A DNA stretch of 64,000 bases, taken from assembly GCF_009914755.1 (NCBI RefSeq), contig NC_060941.1, one strand, 5' to 3'. Under the pieces are notes generated by a model that worked only from the letters and a program-made list of their open reading frames with translations, did no database searches and was not told the DNA's origin. This DNA comes from the human T2T-CHM13v2.0 reference genome, Homo sapiens. Position numbers and translations under genes: made by a program. Numbering within the stretch: the first letter of the stretch is position 1; each line of letters opens with the position of its first letter. Of the stretch, positions 43,479 through 62,935 are shown one piece after another.

Positions 43479-43589
43479 CCGCAGCCCCGAGGGCTCCCCG
43501 GCTCGAGCAGGCGGCGCCGGGCCCCCGGCCTGGGCCGCCGCGGCCCCCTCCCCCGGGTGCGGACGTGGCCAGGCCTCGGGCCGCTGCAT
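43479..43589 (-). CDS. COPZ2: COPZ2 coding exon 1 (MQRPEAW...GEPSGLR, 37 codons)
   Basis: ATG at 43589; 111 nt ending at a GT donor (43478); translation matches the coatomer zeta-2 N-terminus; lies in a CpG island. Confidence 0.96.
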
Positions 43590-44804
43590 TCCGCTCGCCG
43601 CCTCGCACTGACAGCGCCGCCCGCCGCCTGCCCGCCGCCGCCGCCCCGCCTCCGCGCCCGCCCCGCGGCCCCCTCTCGCGCGTGGCCTCCCTTTCCTCGG
43701 GGCCCCGTCCTCTTGCTCGTTCTCCCCCATCTCCCCTCCCGCCCTCACCCCACCTCTCCTTCCCCCACTTCTCCTCTCCCTCTCTCCTCCTTGGCTCCTT
43801 CCCGAGTCCCTTACATCCCCGAACTCTGCATCCTCAGGGTGCCCCAAGACCAGCCCTCGTCCTGCTTCCTGCCTGCTCTCCGGCCTGTGGCTTTGGTGTG
43901 CGCCAGTGTCTATAGGCTGTCCTGGGGCCAGCAGCAAACACAAGCAAAGCCCACTTTTGTCTGTTGACCTCTGGTAGGTACCATGAGGACAAATACGTCA
44001 GGTCACCCTTTAGATCTCAGGGACAGGGTCTATAAGCAAGAGCAAATGAGGACAGTTCTGGGGACACCCCTCTGTGAAGAGGCTTTCTCATTCCTCTCTC
44101 ACTACTTGCAGAAGGCAACCATGGGCCCGGAGACACCTCCCCAGGCTCTCCTAAGTCACAGATATGGCACCATCAGAAGCAAGACAGACGCCCAGCAGCA
44201 CAAATGCTCCACCAATGACATCGGGCTTTGCAGCATGTTTTGGTTTCTTTGGTCTAAGTCTAACTAAGACAAGCTCTCATTTCAGGGTACACTGGCAAGT
44301 GGGAAATTCACATCCCAGTGATATGTTAGTGCTACGTATGCATTTACCGGTAAAAACACTGTGCGTGTATTTTACATTTGACACCTTCACATCCATTATC
44401 TAATATAGCCCACACCTGTAAGATAGGCATAATGGACCCTCATTTTAAGCAAAGAGAGACTCAGAGGTTGTGTGACCTTTTCAAGACTATACAGCTAGTT
44501 GACTGGGGATAGAACCCAGATTTTTGACTCAAAATTTCTTCCCTATTCTTCTCTTCAAGCCCTCTTATGTTGTGGACCACAGTCACTTACCCTAGATGGT
44601 TACAGAATGGGGTTTTCCTCACTGAATGCATCAAGTCTTCTTATCTTCAAGCCTCTGCTGAAATATAATTACCAAAAGGTCCTCCTGACAGCCACCATAT
44701 CTGACTTGATAGGTCTCTCCTGTCACATTCTCTCAGTTCCTATTTCTTTCTTTCATTGCACTTTTTTCAATCTCTAAATATTATTTTTACTAATATTGCT
44801 TGTT

Positions 44805-46980
<2,176 letters not shown>

Positions 46981-46999
46981 GACAACATATTTTATGTGC

Positions 47000-47370
47000 T
47001 GTACAAATATTTATTGAGTGCTTAGTATGTACCAGATATTTTTCTAGCCACTGGGACACAATAGTAGACAAAAGAAAAATTTTGCTCTCATGGAACTTAC
47101 AATCAAGTGTTTGTGTATGTACATGCGTGCGTTTCTGTGCAAGATATAATACACAAATAAATGGGAAAAGTAGATATTATATGAGTTGGGGATAAGTGCT
47201 GCAAAGAAAAATAGAGCAGAAATGGGATGTGGAATGTGAGGGGTAAGGGACAGGCAAGCCAGAAAGCCATTTTCATAGTCCTCTGAGAAAACCTTTAACA
47301 AGGTGACATTTGAACAAAGAGCTAAAGGAAAGGAGGAAGCAGGCCATGCAGACATCTGAGGAAGCATCTA
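47000..47370 (-). mobile_element. L2 LINE 3' fragment
   Basis: acaaatatttattgagtgct...aggtgacatttgaacaaaga, typical of L2. Confidence 0.75.
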
Positions 47371-47929
47371 CTGACCCTCCCTATATGATGACTTAGAAGG
47401 CACATCTGAACCTTTCTTGCAGGCTATCAGTTATAATAGGGAACATAATGACACTATTTGATAACAGCAGCCAGGGAAAAGACCCAGCATTTGGGCATTT
47501 TATTTCTTCGGATTCCAGATCATCAGAAGTTATGTCAATGGTCATGCTGGCTGGGTATGTTATTTCTAAAAAATACTGATTTGGTTATTTTGATGTCTTA
47601 ATATTTCTGTGAGCTAGTCCATTTTTTTTTTTTTTTTGGCTCATATTTACAAGGACAGCACCAAAAAGCCTCCAGGAGCATTTCTCAGCCTCTGTTTGGC
47701 TATGGTACCCACTATGAAAGACCAGCAGCCTCCAGAAGGGACAGAGGAAGACCTGGGAAGATAGGGGACTTAGGGGGCTGGCTCCATAGGGGAGGTGGGG
47801 AAGGAGTCAGTTATACACGTTAGGGATGGGAAGGCACTGGAGAGGGGCCAAGGGGATAGGAATGAGAGAAGGCTGGGGAAGGAAGCTTAGGAACCACAAA
47901 GTTCTCATCACCCCCACATCTATCACTGT

Positions 47930-52380
<4,451 letters not shown>

Positions 52381-53445
52381 AGTTCTATGTTTAAAATACT
52401 TCCTTCTCAACCTTATTTATTTTTAGAGTTGATGGCCACACCTAAATATTCCTCCTTTCTTATACAATACCAGTCTTTATCTTCATTGTCTCACTACTTC
52501 GGGGACTGAATGGTCTCCTATTTTATTGTTAACATGCCATATCCTTCAAAACTGTACATCCTCCAAGGTGTGGTTAATTTCTGCTTTTAACAGGAAAATC
52601 AGAGGCCTGCCTGCTTGAGTCCCCCTTCAAGTACTCAGTATTTGAGTGTCTACTAAGTTATAACAGTTAACGCACAAAATTCTAGTCCTCATGTTGTTTA
52701 TACTCAGGTATTTATTGGGAGACACGCGTCAGTAGTCCCTGATAAATGGAAAGATCGCTTGAGTCCAGGAGTTCCAGTCCAGCCTAGAATAGGTAAAACA
52801 TGCTCTCTGAATTAGTCTTTGAAACTGGTAAACTAGCTCAGAAGTTTTTTTAAGAATTCCATGAGTGGTTTGCTGGTGTACGTTTATTATATGCAGTGAA
52901 AGTACTTAATCTGCAAACCACCCCAAATTAAGCCCCTAACTCGCAAGCACAAAATGGACTCGATTATTTACTGAGTTATCAGTTGGCCTTGTCCTTAGTT
53001 GTACAGGGACTAATGACTCACCTATAAATAATGGGCTCTTCTAAGAAGACACAGTTGAGTTGACACCTCTTTGTCCTATAGCTGGGAGGAACGCATTGCA
53101 AACGCCAACCCAATGATTCCCTAAATGGGGTCTTCGCATCAGCTGCGTTAAAATCACCCCAGCAGGCAGGTTATCCGGCCGCCACTCCAGGGTCATTAAA
53201 TCAGACTCTCCAGTGGGACCTCGGAATTCGTAGCTTAGCAAGCTCCCCAAGTGATGCTGGGAGTAAACTAACGTTTGAGAGTCACAAACATGTTTTGGCA
53301 ATATAACCAGATGGGACTGGAGAAATTAAAAAATGAGAAACATCCCTAAAAAAGCAAGACTAAGCTGCGTGGGAGGCCAAACGAGGGGGGTCCTTTGGGC
53401 TGTTTCTACCATGACAAAAATCGCCATTACCCCACACCTCTCACA

Positions 53446-53478
53446 CCGCCAACGTTCCGCCAACGTTCCGCCAACGTC
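53446..53478. repeat. 11-bp tandem repeat (CCGCCAACGTT)x3
   Basis: Read directly; last copy ends in C. Confidence 0.9.
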
Positions 53479-54149
53479 CCACCACCCTCATGATATCCGT
53501 CCGCGGTACTGCTCCAGCGAAGGTACCCTTGCCTGGGCCATGAGGCGCAACCGTCCCTCACAGCTGGGGTGGCTTCTCCAGGTTCGCACCGAGGGGAAGT
53601 TGGGGTACCGGTTTCCGCCGCCAGCACCCAAGATGGCGGCACGAGCGTCGCAACCACAAGAACCACATGCTTCGTGTCCCGCCTCAGCATTCTCGGGTCT
53701 CACTAGACTTTTGCAAGTCACTGTGGGAACCCTCAAGGCGAGGGTGTTCCGCACTCTGGCGGCGATACACCTTCCTATTCCCTGACCTAGGCCTTCATTC
53801 CCCCGCCACAGAAAGCGCTGGAAGCGCCCAACCTGGATACTTCACCCAACGCCCAAGCCCACTAACATCGCCCGCCGCGAAGGCGCGGCCGAGGGGCCCA
53901 GAATGCCAGACACTAGGGCCTTCGCCCTCCTCATTGGTGGGTCCATACCGCGGGGCGGGCCTAGGTACTCATTGGGCCGGGAATTATGTCAGTCTTGGGA
54001 AATCAGGTCCGGGGATGAGGAGGTACACTCAGCCATTGGGCCCTCTCTGCTGCCAATCAGAGGGACATCCGTCGACGGCCCCGGCCTCGGCTCGTTGATT
54101 GGAGAAACTGTTCCTAGGGTGTTTGCGGCGGGCGGGTTTCCGAGTGCGG

Positions 54150-54275
54150 TAGCAGGAGGGGGCGGGGAGGTAAGCGGAGGCTCCGAGCTCTAGGCCGGCC
54201 GGCGGTGGCGGCGGCGAGGCCGGGACTCGGGCTTAGGGCCTGCTGTGGAGGCAGCGGCGGACGCCGAGCTAAGCA
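54150..54275 (+). other. NFE2L1: NFE2L1 non-coding exon 1 (5' boundary approximate)
   Basis: Follows the CCAAT cluster; GCA|GTGGGT donor at 54275/54276; can join the acceptor TTTCAG|G at 56419/56420. Confidence 0.7.
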
Positions 54276-54589
54276 GTGGGTATCGGGCACATTCCTTTCC
54301 CAGAAGGGAGGGTTGCAGCGCCGCGGGGCCGAGGCTTATGGGGCGACGGGATGGTGCTGAGGTGCAGGAGGCGGGGGCCGAGCGGGGTTCCCGCCAGAGC
54401 CCGGCCCTGGGCCTGACAGGGAGGGGCCCCGCGCGGGGCCGAGAGGAAAGCTGGCTCCGGGGTGGGATGGACTGGGCAGGGTTGAGGGCACGAGAAGGCG
54501 TGGTGTGAGGCCTGGACTTGGGAGTGGGGTGGGGCCATCGGGACGGAGGGCGGGGTGGGGTTTGCTGTAAGGGTGGGTCAAGGCCAGGG

Positions 54590-54677
54590 AAGTAGCACTT
54601 GTTCGCTGGCCGCCCCTGGAGGCTAGAAGCTCCGGCGCCGAGAGTGGGCATGGCGACTTGGTCTCAGCCGGACTCGG
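54590..54677 (+). other. NFE2L1: Probable alternative NFE2L1 first exon (1b)
   Basis: GC boxes upstream (~54549); CGG|GTATCC donor at 54677/54678 (weak); recalled as an alternative 5' end, not verified. Confidence 0.45.
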
Positions 54678-55179
54678 GTATCCGGGCAGGGTGGGACCAG
54701 CCTCAGGCTATGGGCCCTGCACCTACTTGATTTTTAAGGGACTTTGTCCGGTTCCTCGAACTTAATTGGCTCCTGGGAGGTTTTAGTAATAAATTGCGTG
54801 AGAACGGGAGGGTAGCGTAAGCAGGAATTCTGGGTCGCAATTGTGTTTACTCTGACCAGAGAGAGGGAGTGTGAGTGTGTGTGTGTGCGCACGTTCGTGT
54901 GTGTACGTATAGCTCGCTCTCCCCCTGTAGAATGAAGTTGGTAGATGGGTCACAACGCAGGAGAGGAGAGGCGGTATGTCTTGGTTTGTGACATTAATGG
55001 AAGCTCAAAAGTGGAGACCAGAAACAGATTTACTTCCTCTGCACTGGGCAGTCTGGCTAGAGAACGTGGCCATATCCTTCTGCTTTGGCTCAGAAGGTCA
55101 TATGAATGAAAATAAAACCTGCCTATGCAAATTCTGGACGGAATAGTCCTGCGTAGTAGGGCCCCCACCATCCCTCTCC

Positions 55180-56931
<1,752 letters not shown>

Positions 56932-57441
56932 ATGCTTTCTCTGAAGAAATACTTAACGGAAGGACTTCTCCAGTTCACCATTCTGCTGAGTTTGATTGGG
57001 GTACGGGTGGACGTGGATACTTACCTGACCTCACAGCTTCCCCCACTCCGGGAGATCATCCTGGGGCCCAGTTCTGCCTATACTCAGACCCAGTTCCACA
57101 ACCTGAGGAATACCTTGGATGGCTATGGTATCCACCCCAAGAGCATAGACCTGGACAATTACTTCACTGCCCGGCGGCTCCTCAGTCAGGTGAGGGCCCT
57201 GGACAGGTTCCAGGTGCCAACCACTGAGGTAAATGCCTGGCTGGTTCACCGAGACCCAGAGGGGTCTGTCTCTGGCAGTCAGCCCAACTCAGGCCTCGCC
57301 CTCGAGAGTTCCAGTGGCCTCCAAGATGTGACAGGCCCAGACAACGGGGTGCGAGAAAGCGAAACGGAGCAGGGATTCGGTGAAGATTTGGAGGATTTGG
57401 GGGCTGTAGCCCCCCCAGTCAGTGGAGACTTAACCAAAGAG
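56932..57441 (+). CDS. NFE2L1: NFE2L1 (NRF1/TCF11) coding exon 2, aa 1-170: ER-anchor NHB1 segment and DDI2 cleavage site W103/L104
   Basis: MLSLKKYLTEGLLQFTILLSLIGVRVD...; 510 nt ending at the GAG|GTTAGT donor; NAW|LVH at 57238-57243. Confidence 0.98.
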
Positions 57442-58484
57442 GTTAGTGGACCTGTGGTGGGTGTGTGGGGCCTGGGGCTTGGGGGTGGGCTGGTCCCAAA
57501 GGATTGTGGTCAGAACACTGAGCCCTGTAAAGAGCCAGACAGGTTTCAGCAGGGCCTCAGGCACTGTTCTTGGGTAGGGATGGGCTGAACTTTCTGACTT
57601 TAGGATTGGGGGCTGGGAGCATTTCCCTGTGTTGAACCATTGACCTACCTCTAAATGTACTGTCAGGGCAGTGGGAGGTTCCTACACATGCCAGGGTGTT
57701 TACTGCTTGGATTTCAGCGTGACTGCTGGAGGCCTGGGGTGGGGGAGGAGTCATGTTGTGATGGGCTTTGATGCAGTGTACATCTGTTGCTAAGACACAA
57801 ATACTTTTTGGACTCTTGTTTTGTACCTCCCCCCACATCAGAACACAGACATACCCTGAAGTTCTCCTTTGTGGCGAGGCCTGTTGTTGTATTGTCCTGA
57901 TAATTCAGACCTCCTGGGCCTGAGCCAAAGGGTAGATTTGGATAGTTATTCTTGGCCAGGAGAGGGCCAAGGCTTCCAATCTTTGCAAAAGGCCCACTGC
58001 AGGGAGTAGGGAAGAGAAGTCTGGGAGCTAGAAAGAGAAACTGCATTCTGCTGCCCAAGTCAACTTGCTTTGAGCTGTCAGAAGAGATCCTTAGCTCTTG
58101 TCACATGGCTGACATACTGTTCTGGGCAGAAAGCGATGCAGTTCTTTGCCTTTCAAGATGTGAATGGCTGCTGCTGCCCCTGCCTCACCAACATAAGATT
58201 GCTTTGAGCTCTGGGTTTGTATGGCTCTCGCTTGCCATCCAGCCTTAAGTAGCCGGGAAAGAGGCCCACTGCACTCCCCTGGCCATTAGGGAAGGAGAAA
58301 GCCCGATTGGGTTTTTGGAGGTGGCATGTGAAGGAATGTAAAAAGTTTTACAGATGTTACAGAAATGGGCTTCTCTGCCTGCCAGGTCAGACCACGTTTT
58401 CCCTCCTTCCCTGCTCTGTAGTCTTTTCCTGAGCTTAGTTCTCTGACTGTTAGTGACTGTCAAAGAGTATGGCTTGTTCTAGGC

Positions 58485-58700
58485 CAGTGGTCCTCAACTG
58501 GGGGTGATTTTGTCCCCGAGGGTGCAGGTGGCAATATCGTGAAACAGTTTTGGTTGTCACATCTTGGGGCGGGGTTGCTACTGGCACCTAGTGGGTAGGG
58601 GCCAAGGATGCTGGTTAACATCTTGAATGGCACAGAACACCTTCAAACAACAGATTTGTCTGACCCCAAGTGTCAGTAGTGCAGGGATTGAGACACTCGG
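58485..58700 (+). mobile_element. MER20 (hAT-Charlie) DNA transposon in NFE2L1 intron 2
   Basis: cagtggtcctcaactgggggtgattttgtcccc...ttttggttgtcac...gctactggcacctagtgggtag matches the MER20 consensus. Confidence 0.85.
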
Positions 58701-60204
58701 CTCTGTGCTCAAATGGCTCATACTGGACCTGCTTTGAGAGAGACTAGGATTATCTGAGCGCAGGAGCCAGGAACATTTCTTACCTTTCAGGGCCTGTTAA
58801 TTTAGCTTCTTACAGGGCCACTTGGAACTTCACCTCTCTTCTGCTTCCCCTTTCCTTCAAGTGGGCTCTAATCTTGGCACAGTGTTCTGAAGTGTGCTTC
58901 CCAGTCTCTGCTCTATGCTCCTCCCCCAGGGTAGCTCCCCCAGGGGTGGGTGTAACTGGGTTTGCTCCTGGAAACCCTGCAGGGTAGCTGCATATCTGTT
59001 CCTGCTGGGATGGGATGGGATATTTTGGATATTATTGGGTGGGTTGGGGCCGAATGGGATGGGACTTTGACCCTGCTTTCCTCTGTTTCTTGGCCCTCGT
59101 GAAGGTTGTGCTTTTCCTCATCTCAGGCCTTTATAACTCCCTTTGGGAGGTGGGGTGGGTCAGCATTAGGGGCCCAGGCTGGGTATGGGGGAAGGGAGGA
59201 TTATTATGTGTCTAGAACAACATTTCCTCAGCAACTCAGGGATAAAAATACCCAGGTCCAGAGCATGTGACAGGCACTGCTGGAACCGGTATTATCCCTG
59301 GGGTGGCAGTACTCCCCCGCTGCCAGGCCTGCTCTATGGACAGCCATAGCCTAGGCTGTTGTCAGGGATAGGATTCCCCTTGAGATTGGCATTCTGCCCA
59401 GAGCAGGGGGGTGGCCTGTTTACAGCTCTTTCCAGGCTAGGAGCTGACTGTGACCAGAGAGAACATACTGTCTCTCTGACCTGACCTTAGGCTCCAGGGG
59501 AGCAGCAGTGGGGAGGGAGCTAAATTTCCCCTCGAGAAACCAATCCAGGGAGTCTGAATTGTGATACTGAGTCTGTGAGGGGCTTCTTTCCTGCTTGGAT
59601 GAGATATGGGCCAGGAATCAGGCAGAGAATGCTCTTGAATAAAGCCGGGGTGAAAGGGGAGGGGGGACATTTGTGGCCAGGAGAATGCAGAGCACCTGTC
59701 TCCCTAAGTATGGGGCTTCAGGGTTGTGTCTCCCCTCCTCTTGCTTGGGGCTAGGCTTGGCCAGCACTGTGACATTGCTGCACGTGGGCAAAATGGCCTT
59801 CCCCTTTTCTCTAGTCTGGCCTATTTTGGGGTGACAAAACTTACGGCTTATGGTGGGCCTGGGTGCCCTGGGTTCCTGCCCAGCCTGGCTCGTGATCCCT
59901 GGCCTTGAGAACTGGCCACTGCCTTCCTGAGGAATGGGATAACTCTTTCCACTTCCAGCAAATAATTTAGATTCCCAGAGAATCTGCGGGAGAAGTGTCT
60001 GCCCAGTCCTGAGTGGGCTGGATGAGCAAGATGCGACAGGAGGGAGGAGAGTGGCACCCCTTCCCCCAGGGCTCTCACTGCGCCACCCCAGCTGACTGAC
60101 TGGGCTGGGTGGGGCTGCCCGCCCCTGGGCGCATCTCCTCAAGGAGACGGAGGCGGCCCAGGGATGGGCTGGTTCCTTGCGGCAGCTTCTCCAGCTGCCC
60201 TGAT

Positions 60205-60460
60205 GCAGAGATTGGCTCCCGTCTGCAGCTAGGTAACAGGCGGTGGGAGGGGATTGGCTCCTTCCGCATCTCCAGCGGAGACTTGGGGGAGGAGATTGGC
60301 TCTCGGCGCAGCCTAGGTAACGACAGTGGGAGGGGATTGGCTCTTTGCGCAGCCCAGCTGCTGACCTGGGGGAGGGGATTGGCTCTCTGCAGCCTCAGCA
60401 GTGACCTGCGGGGTGGGAGGGGGTGGGGATTGGCTCCCTGCTGCAGCCTAGGTAACAAGT
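60205..60460 (+). repeat. Degenerate ~42-bp tandem repeat, each unit with GATTGGCTC (internal promoter candidate)
   Basis: ATTGG at 60211, 60253, 60295, 60336, 60378, 60429. Confidence 0.85.
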
Positions 60461-60538
60461 TTGGGGGGCGTGGGGGGGAGGAGCGGGAGGATAGGCCCAG
60501 GAGGGAGCTTGCTTTCCTCTGCAGCTTGAGCACGGAGC

Positions 60539-60574
60539 ATGGGGTGGGAGTCCCATCTCACTGCAGCCTCTGCG
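60539..60574 (+). CDS. NFE2L1: Alternative first coding exon of NFE2L1 (Nrf1b-type isoform, MGWESHLTAASA)
   Basis: AGCATGG Kozak ATG, 12 codons, then GCG|GTGAGC donor in phase 0, compatible with exon 3; the peptide matches the Nrf1b N-terminus as I recall it. Confidence 0.8.
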
Positions 60575-62199
60575 GTGAGCTCAGGGTGGGGGCAGCTGGG
60601 CGCCTGAGTGGAACTGGGGTTGTGAGGTGGGAGGGGGCTGCTCAAGGATGGAGGAAGGGGGCTGGGCTGGGCCGCCCAGGCAGCAGCACGGGCGGGGCAC
60701 CCTCCTCAGGCCCCTCGGAGCTAGCAAGGGGCCACCCTTCCAGCCTGGTGTGCTCCCTGAAAGCCAAGAGCTCCTTGCAGCCCCCTGTCCGGCTTCCCGG
60801 CACCGGCTGCCCTGGGGCTCATCTCGCAGACCATGACCCGCCTGGACCGCAGCTCTCACAGTGGTGGGGGCCATGCCAAAGGCAGCCGGCCCCTTAACTC
60901 TTTGCTGGCTGGTCACCGGGTGGCCCAGCCCGCCTCTGCTCCTGGGTCCAGGGCTTCTGTTCAGGTTGGTGTATGTGGGGAGACTAAAGTAGTACGTCTG
61001 GGAGGTCTTAGGGTCAGGGGGGGTTAATGGGAGAAGAATACCGACTTAGAGGTAGGGAGGAGGGTCTGATCTAAGGAAATTGCTTTCTGGAAAGTGTATG
61101 TCTGCATTTTAACCCCTGGATGGAAGGCAACACTTTAGGGTTTCTTCAGGCTTGTAGGGAGGGCTCGACTACAGGGGGGTGCCATGTATAGGAAGCCCAA
61201 ATAGCTCTATTTATTGGGGTTATATGCTGTTAGTGGGGGTGGCAGTTGGTGCAGCAACTGTTCACGAGCCACCAGGGTAGAGCGGGAGGGAAGCATTTTT
61301 GGTGCCCAAGGTGGCAGTTGTAGCTGAGCAGTGATGGGGTTTATGTCCTTGAGGGGGTTGACTGATGGGGATTTGGTGAGTCCTGGGGTATGGTGAGGGA
61401 ATGAGAGCACTGGTGTAGGGGACACAGTGAGGCTGGCCCGAGCAGGGGGTGGGGTGCACCCCTGGGGATCATCTGACTGCCTGAGCCTCCCTGGAATGGA
61501 GGCAGCAGCTAGGATCAGCTGAGAGGGAATTCTGGCGGGGATGAGTCTTGAGGTGAGCCTGGGCTTGAGGAGTTGTGGGTGTTCAGCCTTACTCTTGCTG
61601 CCAGCTGGGGAATGGGGAATGGCTATAGGAAGGGCTGGAGACAGCATGGCGTTGTCATTGGTTGCATCAGGTGGTTGGAAATGCAGGGATTTTCCTCTCT
61701 AGCCCACCCCACCCCTTTATGCAAATGAAATGGTACCACAGGCTGATGCAAGCCTGGCCACTGCTAAGTAATTCTGCATGACAATTCGCTCTTGCTTGCC
61801 ATGGCCAGCTTCCTCCAAACCAAGTTTTAAGGGGTCCAATCCCCAAAGCTAGAGGTGTCTCCTGATGTTCCCCTTCTTTCTTATGTAGGGGGGAGGCGGC
61901 CCTGCCTTTTGTCTGGGTGTGTCTTGGTCCAGATCCTAATCCTTTGCACCCTTATGGTGATAGTCACACTAATGGTTTTGCTAGTGGCTCTTTTTTTTTG
62001 TGGGAAGGGGATAGTGTCTGGAAGTAGATGAATGAACACTTGCTGGTGCAGGGACCAGGGGGTAAAGGCTGGCAGGTGAAGAGCTGGGAGGGGCCCCACC
62101 CAGGACTAACTGGGGTGACACTAGGAGGGAACTCTGAGGGGCAGGACAAGGAAGGGACCTTGGGATCTTAGAGCTAAAGTCATGTGATCTGTCTTTCAG

Positions 62200-62412
62200 G
62201 ACATAGATCTGATTGACATCCTTTGGCGACAGGATATTGATCTGGGGGCTGGGCGTGAGGTTTTTGACTATAGTCACCGCCAGAAGGAGCAGGATGTGGA
62301 GAAGGAGCTGCGAGATGGAGGCGAGCAGGACACCTGGGCAGGCGAGGGCGCGGAAGCTCTGGCACGGAACCTGCTAGTGGATGGAGAGACTGGGGAGAGC
62401 TTCCCTGCACAG
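62200..62412 (+). CDS. NFE2L1: NFE2L1 exon 3, aa 171-241 (DIDLID/DLG and ETGE, Neh2-like)
   Basis: AG/GT flanked, 213 nt; DIDLIDILWRQDIDLG...VDGETGESFPAQ. Confidence 0.98.
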
Positions 62413-62845
62413 GTACCATCGCCCCTGCTCACTGGGCTCTCTTCTTGTCCCTACTACCCTGACACAAACCAGGCTGGAGTTCTTCCAGAAACTTCCTTTA
62501 GAGAAGACAGGTGGTGTGTGGGGTGGACCTGAATTTCTGTTTTGGGTTGGGGTCTGTAAGTCACAGTGGCTGAGCCTTGGAAGGGGGGAGTGGAAAGCAG
62601 CAGATGCAGAATGGCCAGGCCGTGGCAACAGACAGTGCAAGGGAGGCAGAGCATGTAGCATCTTCCTGCTTGCTTCAGGACTCTTTCACTCTCTTCTGTT
62701 GTTTCTGGGAGTTTGGGACTCGGGGCCAGCCATTAGCCTGGGAATGGGAGGGAGACTGCAGGGCTTCAGCCATTCTGGGAAAGAAGCTTCAGCCCCAGGC
62801 AGCCAAGGCCCAGGTCAATCAGACTTACAGTTCCTGTTGCCACAG

Positions 62846-62935
62846 GTGCCTAGTGGGGAGGACCAGACGGCCCTGTCCCTGGAAGAGTGCCTTAGGCTGC
62901 TGGAAGCCACCTGCCCCTTTGGGGAGAATGCTGAG
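62846..62935 (+). CDS. NFE2L1: NFE2L1 cassette exon 4, aa 242-271 (present in TCF11, skipped in Nrf1a)
   Basis: AG/GT flanked, 90 nt, frame-preserving; VPSGEDQTALSLEECLRLLEATCPFGENAE. Confidence 0.95.

Larger units (their letters stand above)
42900..43900 (-). promoter_or_regulatory. COPZ2: CpG island / promoter of COPZ2 and MIR152
   Basis: Very high GC and CpG content around exon 1; GC boxes and (CCG)n run at ~43620-43670. Confidence 0.85.
53300..54900. promoter_or_regulatory. NFE2L1: CpG-island promoter of NFE2L1, probably bidirectional
   Basis: CpG rich; five CCAAT/ATTGG boxes (53933, 53971, 54035, 54053, 54098); GC boxes (~53952, ~54159); perfect YY1 motif CAAGATGGCGGC at 53629-53640. 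Confidence 0.88.

Noticed and set aside
42780-43967. 395-aa plus-strand ORF
   Set aside because: Antisense to COPZ2 exon 1/MIR152 in a CpG island; GTG start; stop-codon scarcity explained by GC content
57442-57588. ORF-track extension of NFE2L1 exon 2 to 218 aa
   Set aside because: Intron read-through past the GAG|GTTAGT donor
60075-60897. ORFs with repeated RGLALC / ANPLP peptides
   Set aside because: Translation shadows of the 42-bp DNA repeat; better explained as regulatory
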